Assembly: GCA_047974375.1 (NCBI GenBank)
Contig: JBKECF010000014.1
Location: forward strand, 1 to 64,000
Direction of reading: 5' to 3'
Origin: Lachnospirales bacterium
GTDB taxonomy: Bacteria > Bacillota > Clostridia > Lachnospirales > CAMZNU01
Length of the DNA: 64,000 bases
Shown here: one piece after another, positions 40,027 through 50,876 of the stretch
Layout of the letters: the number at the start of each line of letters is the position of its first letter
Numbering within the stretch: position 1 is the first letter of the stretch
Translations under genes and position numbers: made by a program
Notes under the pieces: generated by a model
What the model was told of the DNA's origin: nothing
Databases searched by the model: none
The model's input: the letters and a program-made list of their open reading frames with translations, nothing else

Positions 40027-40785
40027 ACTTATAAAATTTACAAACTGCTTTACAAAGGCAATTTTTGCAATGATTAAAATTCGGTTCACATTTGCCGGAG
40101 CCTGTTACTAACATTCTATTCATTTGAGAAATAATTCTTTTTAATTTAAATCTTAAGTACCATGTATTTTTAACAATGTACATACAATCACTATATATTA
40201 ATTTTCCAAACTTCGGCTTTTTAAATAAATCCTCAGTAATTAAAAAATAAGTCACCAATTGCATTAGATCGTTACTTTTAGGTTTTTTATCTTTTAAAGA
40301 ACTCCCACTTTTTAGCTCCACAACTACGTAATTATTACATTGGAAATGTTTTAAAATTAAGTCCGGTTTACCTTGGAGCAAATATTTTTTGGACTTCAAT
40401 AATTTATTACATATTTGGCAATTGTCTGTATTACTATCACTATAAAAAATTTTATATCCCATAATGTTGGCCTTGATTTTTTTTGTTTTATAGATAGTAG
40501 GAAGAAAAAACCTCAAAATTGGAATTAAATAAAATAAAACCATAGTATCACCACTATTATACTAATTAAAATTATTATTGGTACAATACTTCTTTTATCT
40601 TTATATTTTTTGTGAAATTTACTACCATGAATAAAGTTCTTTTTAATTTCGCTATTTTTATAATATGGATATTTTTTTTTTGCAATTTCAACTATTTTTT
40701 TTCTGCCATATTTTTTTTCATAGTACCACTGATAGTTGCAATAAACATAACGGTTTACTTCGCTAGCAGAAATATATTTACTCAT
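40025..40785 (-). pseudogene. Cas4/DUF83-like PD-(D/E)xK nuclease with Fe-S cysteines, split into two frames (N-fragment 40525-40785, C-fragment 40025-40543)
   Basis: The N-fragment carries the Cas4-type N-terminal Cys (ISASEVNRYVYCNYQWYY). The C-fragment carries motif II GKPDLI, motif III VVELKSG, QhxxY (MQLVTYF) and C-terminal CEPNFNHCKNCLC. The frames differ by one nucleotide across an A/T homopolymer-rich junction. Confidence 0.55.
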
Positions 40786-41725
40786 TTTCTATGGACCTTC
40801 TTATATTTGTACCTAAAACTCTATCGTATCCTACCCATTTTGCATTGGTGCTATCATTTTCAATTGCAGTTAGGTACATTTTAGACTTAGCATCAATATT
40901 ATCTGCCATATGAAGTAAATAAGCTTCTAAGGTAGCTGGTTTTTTAGGTGAGCCATATTCTAATTCGCCATGGTGAGCTACTAGACAGTGTTTTATTAAA
41001 TTTTTATATTCCTTAGGAAAAGACTCAATTTTTTTTGATTCATAAGTTACTAATTCTATACCTATTATTAAGTGACCCAATAATTGACCTATATCAGTAT
41101 AATCATTTTCTGGGAAAGAAGAAAGCTCATATACTTTTCCAACGTCATGAAGCATTGCACTGGCTATTAACACATCTCTATTAACAGATGAATATTGATT
41201 AGCTAAAAAGTTACATATTTCCACAATGCCGAGGGTGTGTTCTAAAAGCCCACCTAAATAATTATGGTGCATAGACTTAGCAGCAGAATGTGTTTTAATG
41301 GCTTGAGAAATTACAGAATCATGAACAAAAATATTTAACAACATTTCTTTAACTTTATCATTAGAGATTGTATCAATATATGAAATGAATTTATTGTACA
41401 TTTCATCAATATTCTCCTTTGTTGCTGGAATTAAATCTGTTGGATCGTATTCACCGTCTTCACTTTTACGAATTTTTACAACTTTTATTTGTATATCGTT
41501 TTGATAGGACAAGGAAGTACCATCTATTTTAATTACATCATTTTTTTCAAAACTTTGGATATCTTTTGTTAAATCCCAAACTTTAGCATCAATTGTTCCT
41601 GTTTTATCTTGCAATTTAAGAGAAAAATAAGTTTTACCATTTCTTGATTTTAGGCTCTGCTTATCTTTACACATAAAGTGATCTGTGACTCTTTCATCTG
41701 CTTTTATTTCATTTATATATCTCAT
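40778..41725 (-). CDS. yhaM: 3'-5' exoribonuclease YhaM (OB-fold + HD domain)
   Basis: N-terminal OB fold and HD-domain motifs (MLHDVGK, HHGELEYGSPKKP), 315 aa. Confidence 0.8.
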   Translation of the reverse strand: MRYINEIKADERVTDHFMCKDKQSLKSRNGKTYFSLKLQDKTGTIDAKVWDLTKDIQSFEKNDVIKIDGTSLSYQNDIQIKVVKIRKSEDGEYDPTDLIPATKENIDEMYNKFISYIDTISNDKVKEMLLNIFVHDSVISQAIKTHSAAKSMHHNYLGGLLEHTLGIVEICNFLANQYSSVNRDVLIASAMLHDVGKVYELSSFPENDYTDIGQLLGHLIIGIELVTYESKKIESFPKEYKNLIKHCLVAHHGELEYGSPKKPATLEAYLLHMADNIDAKSKMYLTAIENDSTNAKWVGYDRVLGTNIRRSIENE

Positions 41726-41743
41726 TTTTCCTCCAAAATTTGG

Positions 41744-42931
41744 TTATTTACAGTTTTGAATAAATTCATTTATTCTAGTTACTCCAGCTTTTATATCCTC
41801 CATAGAAATAGCGTAGGAGAGCCTTATTGCATTCGGTGCTCCAAAGTCTTTACAAGGAATAACAGCAACATTATACTCATTTAATAATATATCTGCCACT
41901 GTGGCAGCGTCAGTAATTTTATTATTTTTATGAGTTTTATTATTTAACTCCTTGGTATCAATCAGTAAGTAAAATGCTCCTTTAGGTTCATTACAATCTA
42001 AAAATGGTAGTTTTTTAATTTCTTTAAATAAATATTTACGTCTTCTATCAAATTCTTTTACCATATCTTTTATTTCTATAAGCTCATTTGTAAGTCCACC
42101 AAGTGCAGCGTATTGGCTTATACTAGATGGATTTGATGACATATGACTTTGTATTGCAGATATAGCTTTAGAAATTTCTAATGGTGCAGCTGTGTATCCT
42201 AATCGCCAACCAGTCATTGCATAAGCTTTACTAAAGCCGTTTACAATAATAGTTCTTTGGTACATATCTTCTAGTTGTGCAATACTAATGTGCTTTTCAT
42301 TATCATAAATTAAATATTCATATATTTCGTCAGATATAATAAATATATTTTTTTCCTTGGCGAAATTTGCAATTTCTTCTAATTCCTGTTTTGCGTAAAC
42401 AATTCCAGTGGGATTCGATGGTGAGTTTAAAATTAGAACTTTACATTTTGGTGAGTAGTATTTATTTAAAAGCTCTTTATTAACTTTGTATTGATTTTTT
42501 TTATCTGTTTCAATAATAATTGGTATTCCATCATTTAATTTTACCATTTCTACATAACTTAGCCAGTAAGGTGCTACTATTAGCACCTCGTCGCCAGCAT
42601 TAATCAACACAGCTAGTGCATTAATTAATGCATGTTTACCACCATTAGACACAACTATTTCATCCTTAGTATAACTCAACGAATTGTCTTTTTTTAATTT
42701 ATTGGCTATTTCTTGTTTTAATTCATCAATACCAGAACTTTTTGTATATTTCGTAAAATTAGAGTGTATTGCATTAATTGCACTTTCTTTAATTTTGTCT
42801 GGTGTGTTAAAATCTGGTTCGCCAGCTGTAAATGCAACTACATCTATTCCTTTTGATTTCAATTCTTTTGCTCTGGCTGTAATAGCTAAAGTTGTTGAAG
42901 GTTTCACATTCATTGCTTTGTGAGATAACAT
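41744..42931 (-). CDS. Aspartate/aromatic aminotransferase, PLP-dependent class I
   Basis: 395 aa with the PLP-lysine region NGFSKAYAMTGWRLGY. Confidence 0.8.
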   Translation of the reverse strand: MLSHKAMNVKPSTTLAITARAKELKSKGIDVVAFTAGEPDFNTPDKIKESAINAIHSNFTKYTKSSGIDELKQEIANKLKKDNSLSYTKDEIVVSNGGKHALINALAVLINAGDEVLIVAPYWLSYVEMVKLNDGIPIIIETDKKNQYKVNKELLNKYYSPKCKVLILNSPSNPTGIVYAKQELEEIANFAKEKNIFIISDEIYEYLIYDNEKHISIAQLEDMYQRTIIVNGFSKAYAMTGWRLGYTAAPLEISKAISAIQSHMSSNPSSISQYAALGGLTNELIEIKDMVKEFDRRRKYLFKEIKKLPFLDCNEPKGAFYLLIDTKELNNKTHKNNKITDAATVADILLNEYNVAVIPCKDFGAPNAIRLSYAISMEDIKAGVTRINEFIQNCK

Positions 42932-43103
42932 AAATCCTCCTTGGATGTAAATATTTTTTTAGTTATTATAGAATATTTGTGCAAGGTTGGCAAATATTGG
43001 TTGCAAAAAACAAAAAAAAACAAAAAAAATTATATAAAAACTTGAAAACTATTTCATATGTAGTATTATATAAGAACGTAGTAGTTAATTTTAGGAGGTA
43101 TTT

Positions 43104-44754
43104 TATGAAAAAAGATATTGAAATCGCAAAGGAAATTAAACTGCAAAATATTCTAGAGGTTGCTAAGGAATTTAATATTCCTGAAGATAGTTTAGAATTA
43201 TACGGTAACTACAAAGCTAAAATTGATGATGAAAAAATTGTAGGGGATTTTGGAAAATTAGTTTTAGTAACAGCTATTAACCCGACTCCAGCAGGGGAAG
43301 GGAAGACAACAACAACTATAGGTTTGTCTCAAGCTTTAAATAAATTGGGCAAAAAATCAGTTGTAGCATTAAGAGAACCATCTTTAGGACCTTGTATGGG
43401 TATGAAAGGTGGCGCAACAGGTGGTGGATATTCGCAAGTTCTTCCAATGGAAGAAATTAACTTACATTTTACAGGTGATATTCATGCCGTTACAGCTGCT
43501 AATAATTTACTTTCAGCAATGATTGATAACCATATACACCAAGGAAATAAAGCTGGTATACATAAAGTTGTGTGGAAAAGAGTACTAGACGTAAATGACA
43601 GAGAGCTTAGAAATATTGCAATAGGTCTTGGTGGTGACTCAAATGGTGTAGTTAGAGAAGATTCATTTATGATAACAGTTGCCTCGGAAATAATGGCAAT
43701 TTTGTGTTTAAGTGAAGATATTCAAGATTTAAAAAATAAATTAGGTGAAATAATTATTGGTTATAAATTTGATAAAACACCTGTTTATGCTAAAGAAGTA
43801 GACGCTAATGGGGCAATGACAGTTTTATTAAAGGAAGCTTTAAAGCCAAACCTTGTACAAACAATAGAAAAAACACCTGCTATTATACACGGTGGTCCAT
43901 TTGCTAATATAGCCCATGGTTGCAACAGTGTAAAAGCAACTAAAGTAGCCCTTAAATTATCTGATATTGCTATTACAGAAGCTGGATTTGGTGCAGATTT
44001 AGGAGCTGAAAAATTCTTTGATATTAAGTGTAGAAAAGCTGGACTTAAGCCGGATTGTGTTGTTATAGTAGCAACTATTAGAGCACTTAAGTATAATGGC
44101 GGACAAAAAGTAAATGATTTAAAAAATGAAAATTTATCAGCGTTGGAAAAAGGATATTGTAACATAGAAAAACATATAGAAAACTTGAAAAAGTATAATT
44201 TACCAATAGTTGTAGCTTTAAATGTTTTTGATACAGATTCAGAAGAAGAGTTAGAATTTGTTAAAAACAAATTAGATAAAGAAAATGTATATTTTGCAAG
44301 GTCATATGTACATGCTGATGGCGGTGACGGTGGTATTGAACTAGGTAAAGCAGTAATTCAAGCTTTAGAAAACGAAAATAACTTTAAACCACTTTATGAC
44401 TTAAATCAATCAATTGAAGAAAAAATAAATAAAATAGCTAAAGAAATTTATGGTGCATCTTCAGTTGTATTTACTTCTAAAGCGAAAAAAGTTTTAAAAC
44501 AAATAGATGAAATGGGATTAAATGATTTACCAGTGTGTATAGCAAAAACTCAGTATTCTTTTTCAGATAATAAAAACTTATTAGGTAGACCAGAAGGGTT
44601 TGAAGTAACTGTTACAGAACTGAATATTTCCAATGGAGCAGGATTTATAGTTGCATTATTAGGCAATGTAATGACTATGCCAGGTCTTCCTAAAATACCT
44701 GCAGCAAATGAAATTGATATTGATGCAAATGGCGAAATTGTTGGTCTTTCATAA
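43104..44754 (+). CDS. fhs: Formate--tetrahydrofolate ligase
   Basis: [16 protein letters not shown]-loop and overall FTHFS sequence. ATG at 43104 after a TAGGAGG RBS; the tracked start at 42979 is in the leader. Confidence 0.9.
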
Positions 44755-44766
44755 AAAGGAATATAT

Positions 44767-45597
44767 ATGTTATTAAATGGAAAAGAAGTTTCAAAAGAAA
44801 TAAAAGAAGAAATAAAAAAAGAAGTTGAACTTTTAGAAAAAAAACCAACTTTAGTTGTAGTTTTAGTTGGAGATAACAAAAGTTCAGCAGTTTATGTAAA
44901 AAATAAAGAAAAAGCGTGTGATTACGTTGGGTTTAACTCTAAAACCTACAGGCTAGGAGAGGAAACTACCGAAGATGAACTACTAAGCCTTATAAATAAT
45001 CTTAATAAAGATAAAGAGGTTGATGGGGTACTTATTCAATTACCATTACCTAACCATATTAATGAAAAAAAAGTTATATACTCAATTGATCCTAAAAAAG
45101 ATGTGGATTGCTTTAACCCATACAATGTAGGATTAGTAAGTATAGGCGAAGGTGATTTATTACCTTGTACTCCAGCTGGTGTAATTCAGTTACTTAAAAG
45201 AAACAAAATAAATATGTCAGGTAAAAACGTAGCTGTTGTAGGCAGGAGTAATATAGTCGGTAAACCTATGGCACAGCTTTTATTAAAAGAAAATGCTACA
45301 GTTACAATTACACATTCAAAAACTGAAAATATAGAAAAAATATTATCATCAATGGATATTATTGTTGTAGCTTGTGGTATGCCAAAATTCTTAAAAGAAG
45401 ATATGGTAAAAGATGGTGCGATTGTTGTGGATGTTGGCATACATAGAGAAGATTCCGGAAAACTTGTAGGCGATGCTGATTTTGAAAATATATCAGATAA
45501 ATGCTCTTATATTTCACCTGTACCAGGAGGAGTAGGTCCTATGACCATAGCCATGCTACTTCAAAATTGCTTGAACTTATATAAACTTAAGAAATAG
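44767..45597 (+). CDS. folD: Bifunctional methylenetetrahydrofolate dehydrogenase/methenyl-THF cyclohydrolase
   Basis: 276 aa FolD with the NAD(P) site (VVGRSNIVGKP), directly downstream of fhs. Confidence 0.9.
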   Translation: MLLNGKEVSKEIKEEIKKEVELLEKKPTLVVVLVGDNKSSAVYVKNKEKACDYVGFNSKTYRLGEETTEDELLSLINNLNKDKEVDGVLIQLPLPNHINEKKVIYSIDPKKDVDCFNPYNVGLVSIGEGDLLPCTPAGVIQLLKRNKINMSGKNVAVVGRSNIVGKPMAQLLLKENATVTITHSKTENIEKILSSMDIIVVACGMPKFLKEDMVKDGAIVVDVGIHREDSGKLVGDADFENISDKCSYISPVPGGVGPMTIAMLLQNCLNLYKLKK

Positions 45598-45609
45598 AAA
45601 GAGGTAGAT

Positions 45610-46938
45610 ATGAAAGTATCTTTTGTATCATTAGGATGCGATAAAAATTTAGTAGATAGTGAAATAATGCTAGGCTTAATTAAAGAAGAAAACCATACAA
45701 TTGAAGATGACTATAGTTGTGCTGATATTATAGTTATTAATACATGCGGCTTTATTATGGACGCTACGCAAGAAGGAATTGATACAATTCTTGACTTGGC
45801 AGAATATAAAAAAAATGGTAGTTGCAAAGGCTTAATAGTAACTGGTTGTATGGCTCAAAGGTATAGAGATGAAATTTTTAATGAACTACCAGAGGTTGAC
45901 GCTGTTGTTGGTACAAGTGATTTTGACAAAATAGGTGAGGTTATTAAAAACATTTCATCCACAGAAAAAATAAATTTAGTAACTAGTGGAGAAAGTAACA
46001 TACAAGAATTATTTGCTCATAAAAGAGTTTTGTCCACAGGGCATTATGGCTATTTAAAAATTGCAGAAGGTTGTAACAATAGATGTACCTATTGTACAAT
46101 ACCGAGCATTCGTGGTGGATACAAAAGTAGAACCATGGATACCTTAATAAAAGAAGCAAAAGCCTTAAGTGAAAAAGGGTTAAAAGAATTAATTTTAGTT
46201 GCACAAGACACCTCCTTGTACGGAACAGACATTTATGGTGAAAAAAAATTGCATGAATTAATGCGAGAGTTAAGTAAAATTAACGGCATAGAATGGATAC
46301 GTCTACTGTACTGTTATCCAGAACATGTTTACGATGAATTAATAGAAGAGATTAAAAATAATAAAAAAATATGTAAATATATTGATATGCCAATTCAACA
46401 TAGCCATAATAGAATTTTAAAGCGTATGGGCAGGAGAAGTACAGAGCAAGAGCTGAAAGAAATAATAAAAAAAATCAGGACAATACCAAATATGTCTATA
46501 AGAACAACACTAATAGTTGGTTTTCCAGGTGAAACAAATGAAGAATTTTCAGCTCTTGCTAAATTTATTGAAGATATGAAGTTCGATCGACTAGGGGTAT
46601 TCAAATACTCTAAGGAAGATGGAACGCCAGCGGCTATTATGGCCGATCAAATAGACGAAGATATAAAAGAAGAACGCTATAATTATATTATGGAAGTTCA
46701 AAAAAAAGTTTCTATGGAGATATTCAAAAAGTATCAAGATACAGTTGTAAGGGTTATGGTTGATGGTAGGTTGCCAGAGGATGACGTTTATACTGGAAGA
46801 ATGGAAAGTGACTTAATTGATGTAGATGGTGCTGTGTTTTTTAAATGCGATTACGAGCTTTATAGCGGTGATTTTATAAATGTTAAAATTACTAAAACAT
46901 CTGACTATGACTTAATGGGGGTAGTTTATGAATCTTAA
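45610..46938 (+). CDS. rimO: Ribosomal protein S12 methylthiotransferase (MiaB-family radical SAM with TRAM domain)
   Basis: N-terminal MTTase Cys triad (LGCDKN...C...C), radical-SAM CNNRCTYC and a C-terminal TRAM domain, 442 aa. Confidence 0.75.
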   Translation: MKVSFVSLGCDKNLVDSEIMLGLIKEENHTIEDDYSCADIIVINTCGFIMDATQEGIDTILDLAEYKKNGSCKGLIVTGCMAQRYRDEIFNELPEVDAVVGTSDFDKIGEVIKNISSTEKINLVTSGESNIQELFAHKRVLSTGHYGYLKIAEGCNNRCTYCTIPSIRGGYKSRTMDTLIKEAKALSEKGLKELILVAQDTSLYGTDIYGEKKLHELMRELSKINGIEWIRLLYCYPEHVYDELIEEIKNNKKICKYIDMPIQHSHNRILKRMGRRSTEQELKEIIKKIRTIPNMSIRTTLIVGFPGETNEEFSALAKFIEDMKFDRLGVFKYSKEDGTPAAIMADQIDEDIKEERYNYIMEVQKKVSMEIFKKYQDTVVRVMVDGRLPEDDVYTGRMESDLIDVDGAVFFKCDYELYSGDFINVKITKTSDYDLMGVVYES

Positions 46939-47473
46939 CTTACCAAATAAACTTACTTTGTTACGTGTATGCATGATACCCGTTTTTCTGTGTGTTTTAT
47001 TAGCAACTCCGTTTGGTATGTCATCACGTTTAATTGCTTCAGTTATATTTATATTAGCAAGTGCAACAGACGCACTTGACGGTCATATTGCTAGAAGTAG
47101 AAATTTGGTTACAAATTTCGGTAAATTTATGGATCCTTTAGCTGATAAACTATTAGTGGCAGCGGCACTTATAAGTCTTGTTGAACTAGGTGACCTATCA
47201 GCTGTTGTTGTAATAATAATTATAAGTAGAGAGTTTATAATAACAGGATTTAGAACAATAGCTGCCGATGCTAATGTAGTAATTGCGGCTTCAAAATGGG
47301 GAAAGTTTAAAACTATAATTCAAATGATTATGATACCGGTACTTATTTTAAATATAGAGTTTTTGGCTTTAATTGAAATTATTTTAGTAACATTAGCTGT
47401 AGTATTAACCATCGTTTCTATGGTAGATTATTTAGTTAAAAATAAAAATGTGTTAAAAGATACAGAGGTATAA
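46928..47473 (+). CDS. pgsA: CDP-diacylglycerol--glycerol-3-phosphate 3-phosphatidyltransferase
   Basis: CDP-alcohol phosphatidyltransferase motif DGHIARSRNLVTNFGKFMDPLADK, 181 aa. Confidence 0.85.
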   Translation: MNLNLPNKLTLLRVCMIPVFLCVLLATPFGMSSRLIASVIFILASATDALDGHIARSRNLVTNFGKFMDPLADKLLVAAALISLVELGDLSAVVVIIIISREFIITGFRTIAADANVVIAASKWGKFKTIIQMIMIPVLILNIEFLALIEIILVTLAVVLTIVSMVDYLVKNKNVLKDTEV

Positions 47474-47474
47474 A

Positions 47475-48707
47475 ATGAACTGTGAGATTTTATCTATTGG
47501 AACCGAACTATTGCTAGGTAATATAGCTAATACTAATGCACAATTTCTTTCTAAAGAATTGGCAAACATAGGTATAAATGTTTACAGGCATATAGCTGTT
47601 GGAGATAATAAAGAGCGAGTTATAAAAGCATTGGATGAAAGTTTTTATAGAGCAGATATAGTAATTACTACTGGCGGCTTGGGACCAACAAAGGATGACT
47701 TAACAAAAGAGGCAATAGCAGAATATTTCGGATTACCTCTTGAATTAAATATTGATGAAAAAAATAGTCTTGAAAACAAAATGAAGGGTAGTGGATATAA
47801 ATTCGCTGAAAACAATTATAGACAAGCCTACTTTCCAAAAGATTCCATAATACTAAAAAACAATTATGGTACTGCTCCAGGCGTTTTAATTAAAAATCAT
47901 AAGATTTTAGCTATGTTACCAGGACCGCCAACAGAATGCAAAGGTATGTTCAAAGATAGTTTGTTACCTGAACTAGCAAATTTAAGTAAAGATAAATTTG
48001 TTTCAAGGTTTATTAATTTTTTAGGCATAGGCGAAAGTGGACTAGAAGAAAAAATAATGCCTATTATAGAAAATCAAAGTAATCCAACTGTTGCACCCTA
48101 CGCTAAAGGCGGATATGTATCAATAAGGATTACAAGTAGATGCAAAACCGAAGATGAAGGCTATAATTTAATGGAGCAAACTATAAAAGATTTATATAAT
48201 TTAGCTGGAGAATTTATAATTTCCGAGGAAGACCTAGCACCGGAATTTGTAGTTGTGAATAAATTAATTGAAAAAAAAATGGAGATTTCCATAGCAGAAT
48301 CTTGTACTGGTGGTATGCTAGCAAGTAAAATAATAAATGTACCTAATGCATCAAAAGTACTAAACGAAAGTCTTATTACTTATTCAAATGAAGCTAAAAT
48401 CAAGTATTTAGACGTAACAAAAGAAACTTTAGAAAAATTTGGCGCTGTAAGTAATGAAGTTGCTATGGAAATGTCTTTAGGAGTATTAAAAAAATGCAAT
48501 TGTAACATTGGAGTAGGCATAACAGGCATTGCTGGTCCAACAGGTGGTTCAGCTGAAAAACCAGTAGGTTTAGTATATATTTCCGTGGCAACATCTACGG
48601 GAAGTGAAACAAAAAAATTTAATTTTAAAGGCAGTAGGGAAAATATAAGAAGAAGAAGTGTTTATAGTGCTATGAGAATGATTTTAGATAGGTTGAATTA
48701 TGAGTAA
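47475..48707 (+). CDS. cinA: Competence/damage-inducible protein CinA (MoCF-binding + CinA C-terminal domain)
   Basis: N-terminal MoaB/MogA-like domain (ILSIGTELLLG) and C-terminal CinA domain, 410 aa. Confidence 0.85.
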   Translation: MNCEILSIGTELLLGNIANTNAQFLSKELANIGINVYRHIAVGDNKERVIKALDESFYRADIVITTGGLGPTKDDLTKEAIAEYFGLPLELNIDEKNSLENKMKGSGYKFAENNYRQAYFPKDSIILKNNYGTAPGVLIKNHKILAMLPGPPTECKGMFKDSLLPELANLSKDKFVSRFINFLGIGESGLEEKIMPIIENQSNPTVAPYAKGGYVSIRITSRCKTEDEGYNLMEQTIKDLYNLAGEFIISEEDLAPEFVVVNKLIEKKMEISIAESCTGGMLASKIINVPNASKVLNESLITYSNEAKIKYLDVTKETLEKFGAVSNEVAMEMSLGVLKKCNCNIGVGITGIAGPTGGSAEKPVGLVYISVATSTGSETKKFNFKGSRENIRRRSVYSAMRMILDRLNYE

Positions 48708-49587
48708 AAAGACAGCAACAATATTATTACTAGTAGTAGCTATAGTTTGGGGTGCAGGTTTTATTGCAACTCAGTTTGTTTTAGATGCAGGCTTTTCTCC
48801 TTTAGAACTATTAACAGGTCGTTTTTTCTTTGGAGCTATTACGCTATCTATTATATTTAAAAAAGAGTTTAAAATTAATAAACAGGAATTAATATCAGGT
48901 ATAGTAGTAGGTATAATATTAGCCATGGCATTTACCTTGCAAACCTATGGACAACTTTATACTACACCATCTATAGCAGCTTTTTTAACTGCCGTATATG
49001 TTGTTTTTGTGCCTTTTATTGATTCTATTTTCTTTAAAACAAAAATTGACGTTTATACAAAAATTGGCGCATGCCTTACTTTGTTTGGAATAGGATTTAT
49101 TTCTTTAGATTCCTTTAGTTTGACTGGTAATGGAGCCTTAGGAATTTTTTTAATTCTACTATGTGCGGTTGCATATGCTTTGCATATTATATCTGTGGAT
49201 AAATACACAAGTTTTGGTATTTCACCAATTAAAATAAGTATAATAATGTTATGGGTAGCTTTTATTATTACGGGTATTTGCTCCATTACTTCATATGATA
49301 ATAGAGAAATAATATATGATATTAACTTCTTAACAGGTATAGTGGGTATGATATTTTTAGGCTTATTTAGTACAGCCTTTTGTTTTACTGCCCAAAATAT
49401 AGCCCAAAAAAGCGTTAATCCAACTAAAGTATCAATATTGCTTTCACTGGAATCAGTTTTTGGTACACTTTGGTCTTGGCTTATCTTTAATGAAAAATTT
49501 ACTTTGAAAATCATTATAGGTTTTATGGTTATTTTTTTAGGAATTTTAATCATTGAAACAAAACCGAAGTTGAAAGGGAATAAATGA
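48700..49587 (+). CDS. EamA/DMT-family transporter
   Basis: 295 aa with 10 TM helices and duplicated EamA halves. Confidence 0.7.
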   Translation: MSKKTATILLLVVAIVWGAGFIATQFVLDAGFSPLELLTGRFFFGAITLSIIFKKEFKINKQELISGIVVGIILAMAFTLQTYGQLYTTPSIAAFLTAVYVVFVPFIDSIFFKTKIDVYTKIGACLTLFGIGFISLDSFSLTGNGALGIFLILLCAVAYALHIISVDKYTSFGISPIKISIIMLWVAFIITGICSITSYDNREIIYDINFLTGIVGMIFLGLFSTAFCFTAQNIAQKSVNPTKVSILLSLESVFGTLWSWLIFNEKFTLKIIIGFMVIFLGILIIETKPKLKGNK

Positions 49588-50417
49588 TAGACTTACATTT
49601 ACATTCAAATATTTCAGATGGCACAGATACAGTTGAAGAATTAATTGCCAAGGCAAAAAAAATAGGGGTTAATGTATTATCATTAACGGACCATGATACT
49701 ATTGATGGAGTTATTAAAGCAAAAAATTTATGTGAAGAAAAAAATATAATATTTATAAATGGAATAGAACTAACTGCCACATATAAATCATATGAAATAC
49801 ACTTACTAGCCTATAATTTTTCCGTAGACAACAATATAATAAAAGATTTAGCTAATAAAATTAAGGAAATAAGAAATACTAGAAATAAAAAAATGGTTAA
49901 AAAATTTGAAGAAATAGGAATAAATATTTCTTTAGATAAGCTAAATGAAGAAAATAAAAATTCAATTATAACCAGGACTCATTTTGCCATTGAATTATTA
50001 AAACAGGGTTATGCTGAAACAAAGGAAGATGCTTTTAACAAATATTTGTTGCCTGAAAGAGGTACGTATGTAGCTAAAAACTCTGTAAGTGCTGAAGAGT
50101 GTATATTGAATGTACATAAGGCAGGTGGAGTTGTTATACTAGCTCACCCAACGAAATACGATTTTTTTGAAGATATAGGCGACGTAATAGGCGAACTTAG
50201 TGCCATAAGCTTAGATGGTGTGGAAGCTTATTATAATGATTATACAGAAGAAGAAAGTTCAATAATTATAAATGAAGCACAAAAAAACAACTTAGTCTTA
50301 ACTGGCGGTAGTGATTATCATGGTCAAAATAAAACTAATATTAATATTGGGATAGGTAAGGGGAATCTTAAAATCGCCTCCAATATGGTTTATGATTTTT
50401 TGAATATCATTTCATAA
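49584..50417 (+). CDS. PHP-domain phosphoesterase (TrpH/YciV-like)
   Basis: N-terminal IDLHLHSNISDG metal-binding motif and a late HP...GGSD..H motif, 277 aa. Confidence 0.7.
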   Translation: MIDLHLHSNISDGTDTVEELIAKAKKIGVNVLSLTDHDTIDGVIKAKNLCEEKNIIFINGIELTATYKSYEIHLLAYNFSVDNNIIKDLANKIKEIRNTRNKKMVKKFEEIGINISLDKLNEENKNSIITRTHFAIELLKQGYAETKEDAFNKYLLPERGTYVAKNSVSAEECILNVHKAGGVVILAHPTKYDFFEDIGDVIGELSAISLDGVEAYYNDYTEEESSIIINEAQKNNLVLTGGSDYHGQNKTNINIGIGKGNLKIASNMVYDFLNIIS

Positions 50418-50461
50418 AAAATACCAGAGTGAACGAAATTTTCGTGAATTCTGGTATCTTT
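50416..50461. terminator. Bidirectional terminator with a nested hairpin
   Basis: ataccagag / ttctggtat outer stem and acgaaa/tttcgt inner stem, with A and T runs on both flanks. Confidence 0.55.
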
Positions 50462-50470
50462 AGTATGTAG

Positions 50471-50876
50471 TTACTCTTTTAAATAAATTTTAAATTCTAT
50501 CTTTGGCCAATTTCCCTTCATATCTTTTTTAGATATTTTACCAAAAAGCAACTTTCCTGAACCCATCAATCTTGCAAATATTAAGTTATCTTCCGTCGGT
50601 ACATATCCTAATTTTATTCCATTTGCATTTCTAATAAGAATTGCTTTTTCATCATACTGATTATCTGGTTCGCGAAGAAACTCAATTCTATCATCAATAT
50701 TAATATATGTCTCAAGTTTCTCTATGCCTGCAATGAACAAGGTTCCTGCTATATGGCTATCAAAGAGAAAAATATCACGTTCAAAAGGCTTTGGAATGTC
50801 AATTTTTCCTTCTATCCTATTAAACCTAAATTATCATCATTCTTTACTAAATTACTCATTTTCTCACCTTAACAAT
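50471..50876 (-). pseudogene. HIRAN-domain protein gene with a disrupted 5' region
   Basis: HIRAN-like domain (LREPDNQYDEKAILIRNANGIKLGYVPTEDN) at 50471-50740. Its frame is open upstream to about 50840 with no ATG. A 15-codon ORF with a strong RBS (aaggtgagaaaATG at 50862) sits in another frame, consistent with a frameshift. Confidence 0.5.

Noticed and set aside
42979-43103. Long 5' extension of the fhs ORF ([17 protein letters not shown]...) and the poly-A tract at 43008-43028
   Set aside because: The extension lacks an RBS and runs through an A-rich promoter-like spacer. A canonical TAGGAGG-N8-ATG start at 43104 gives the conserved FTHFS N-terminus.
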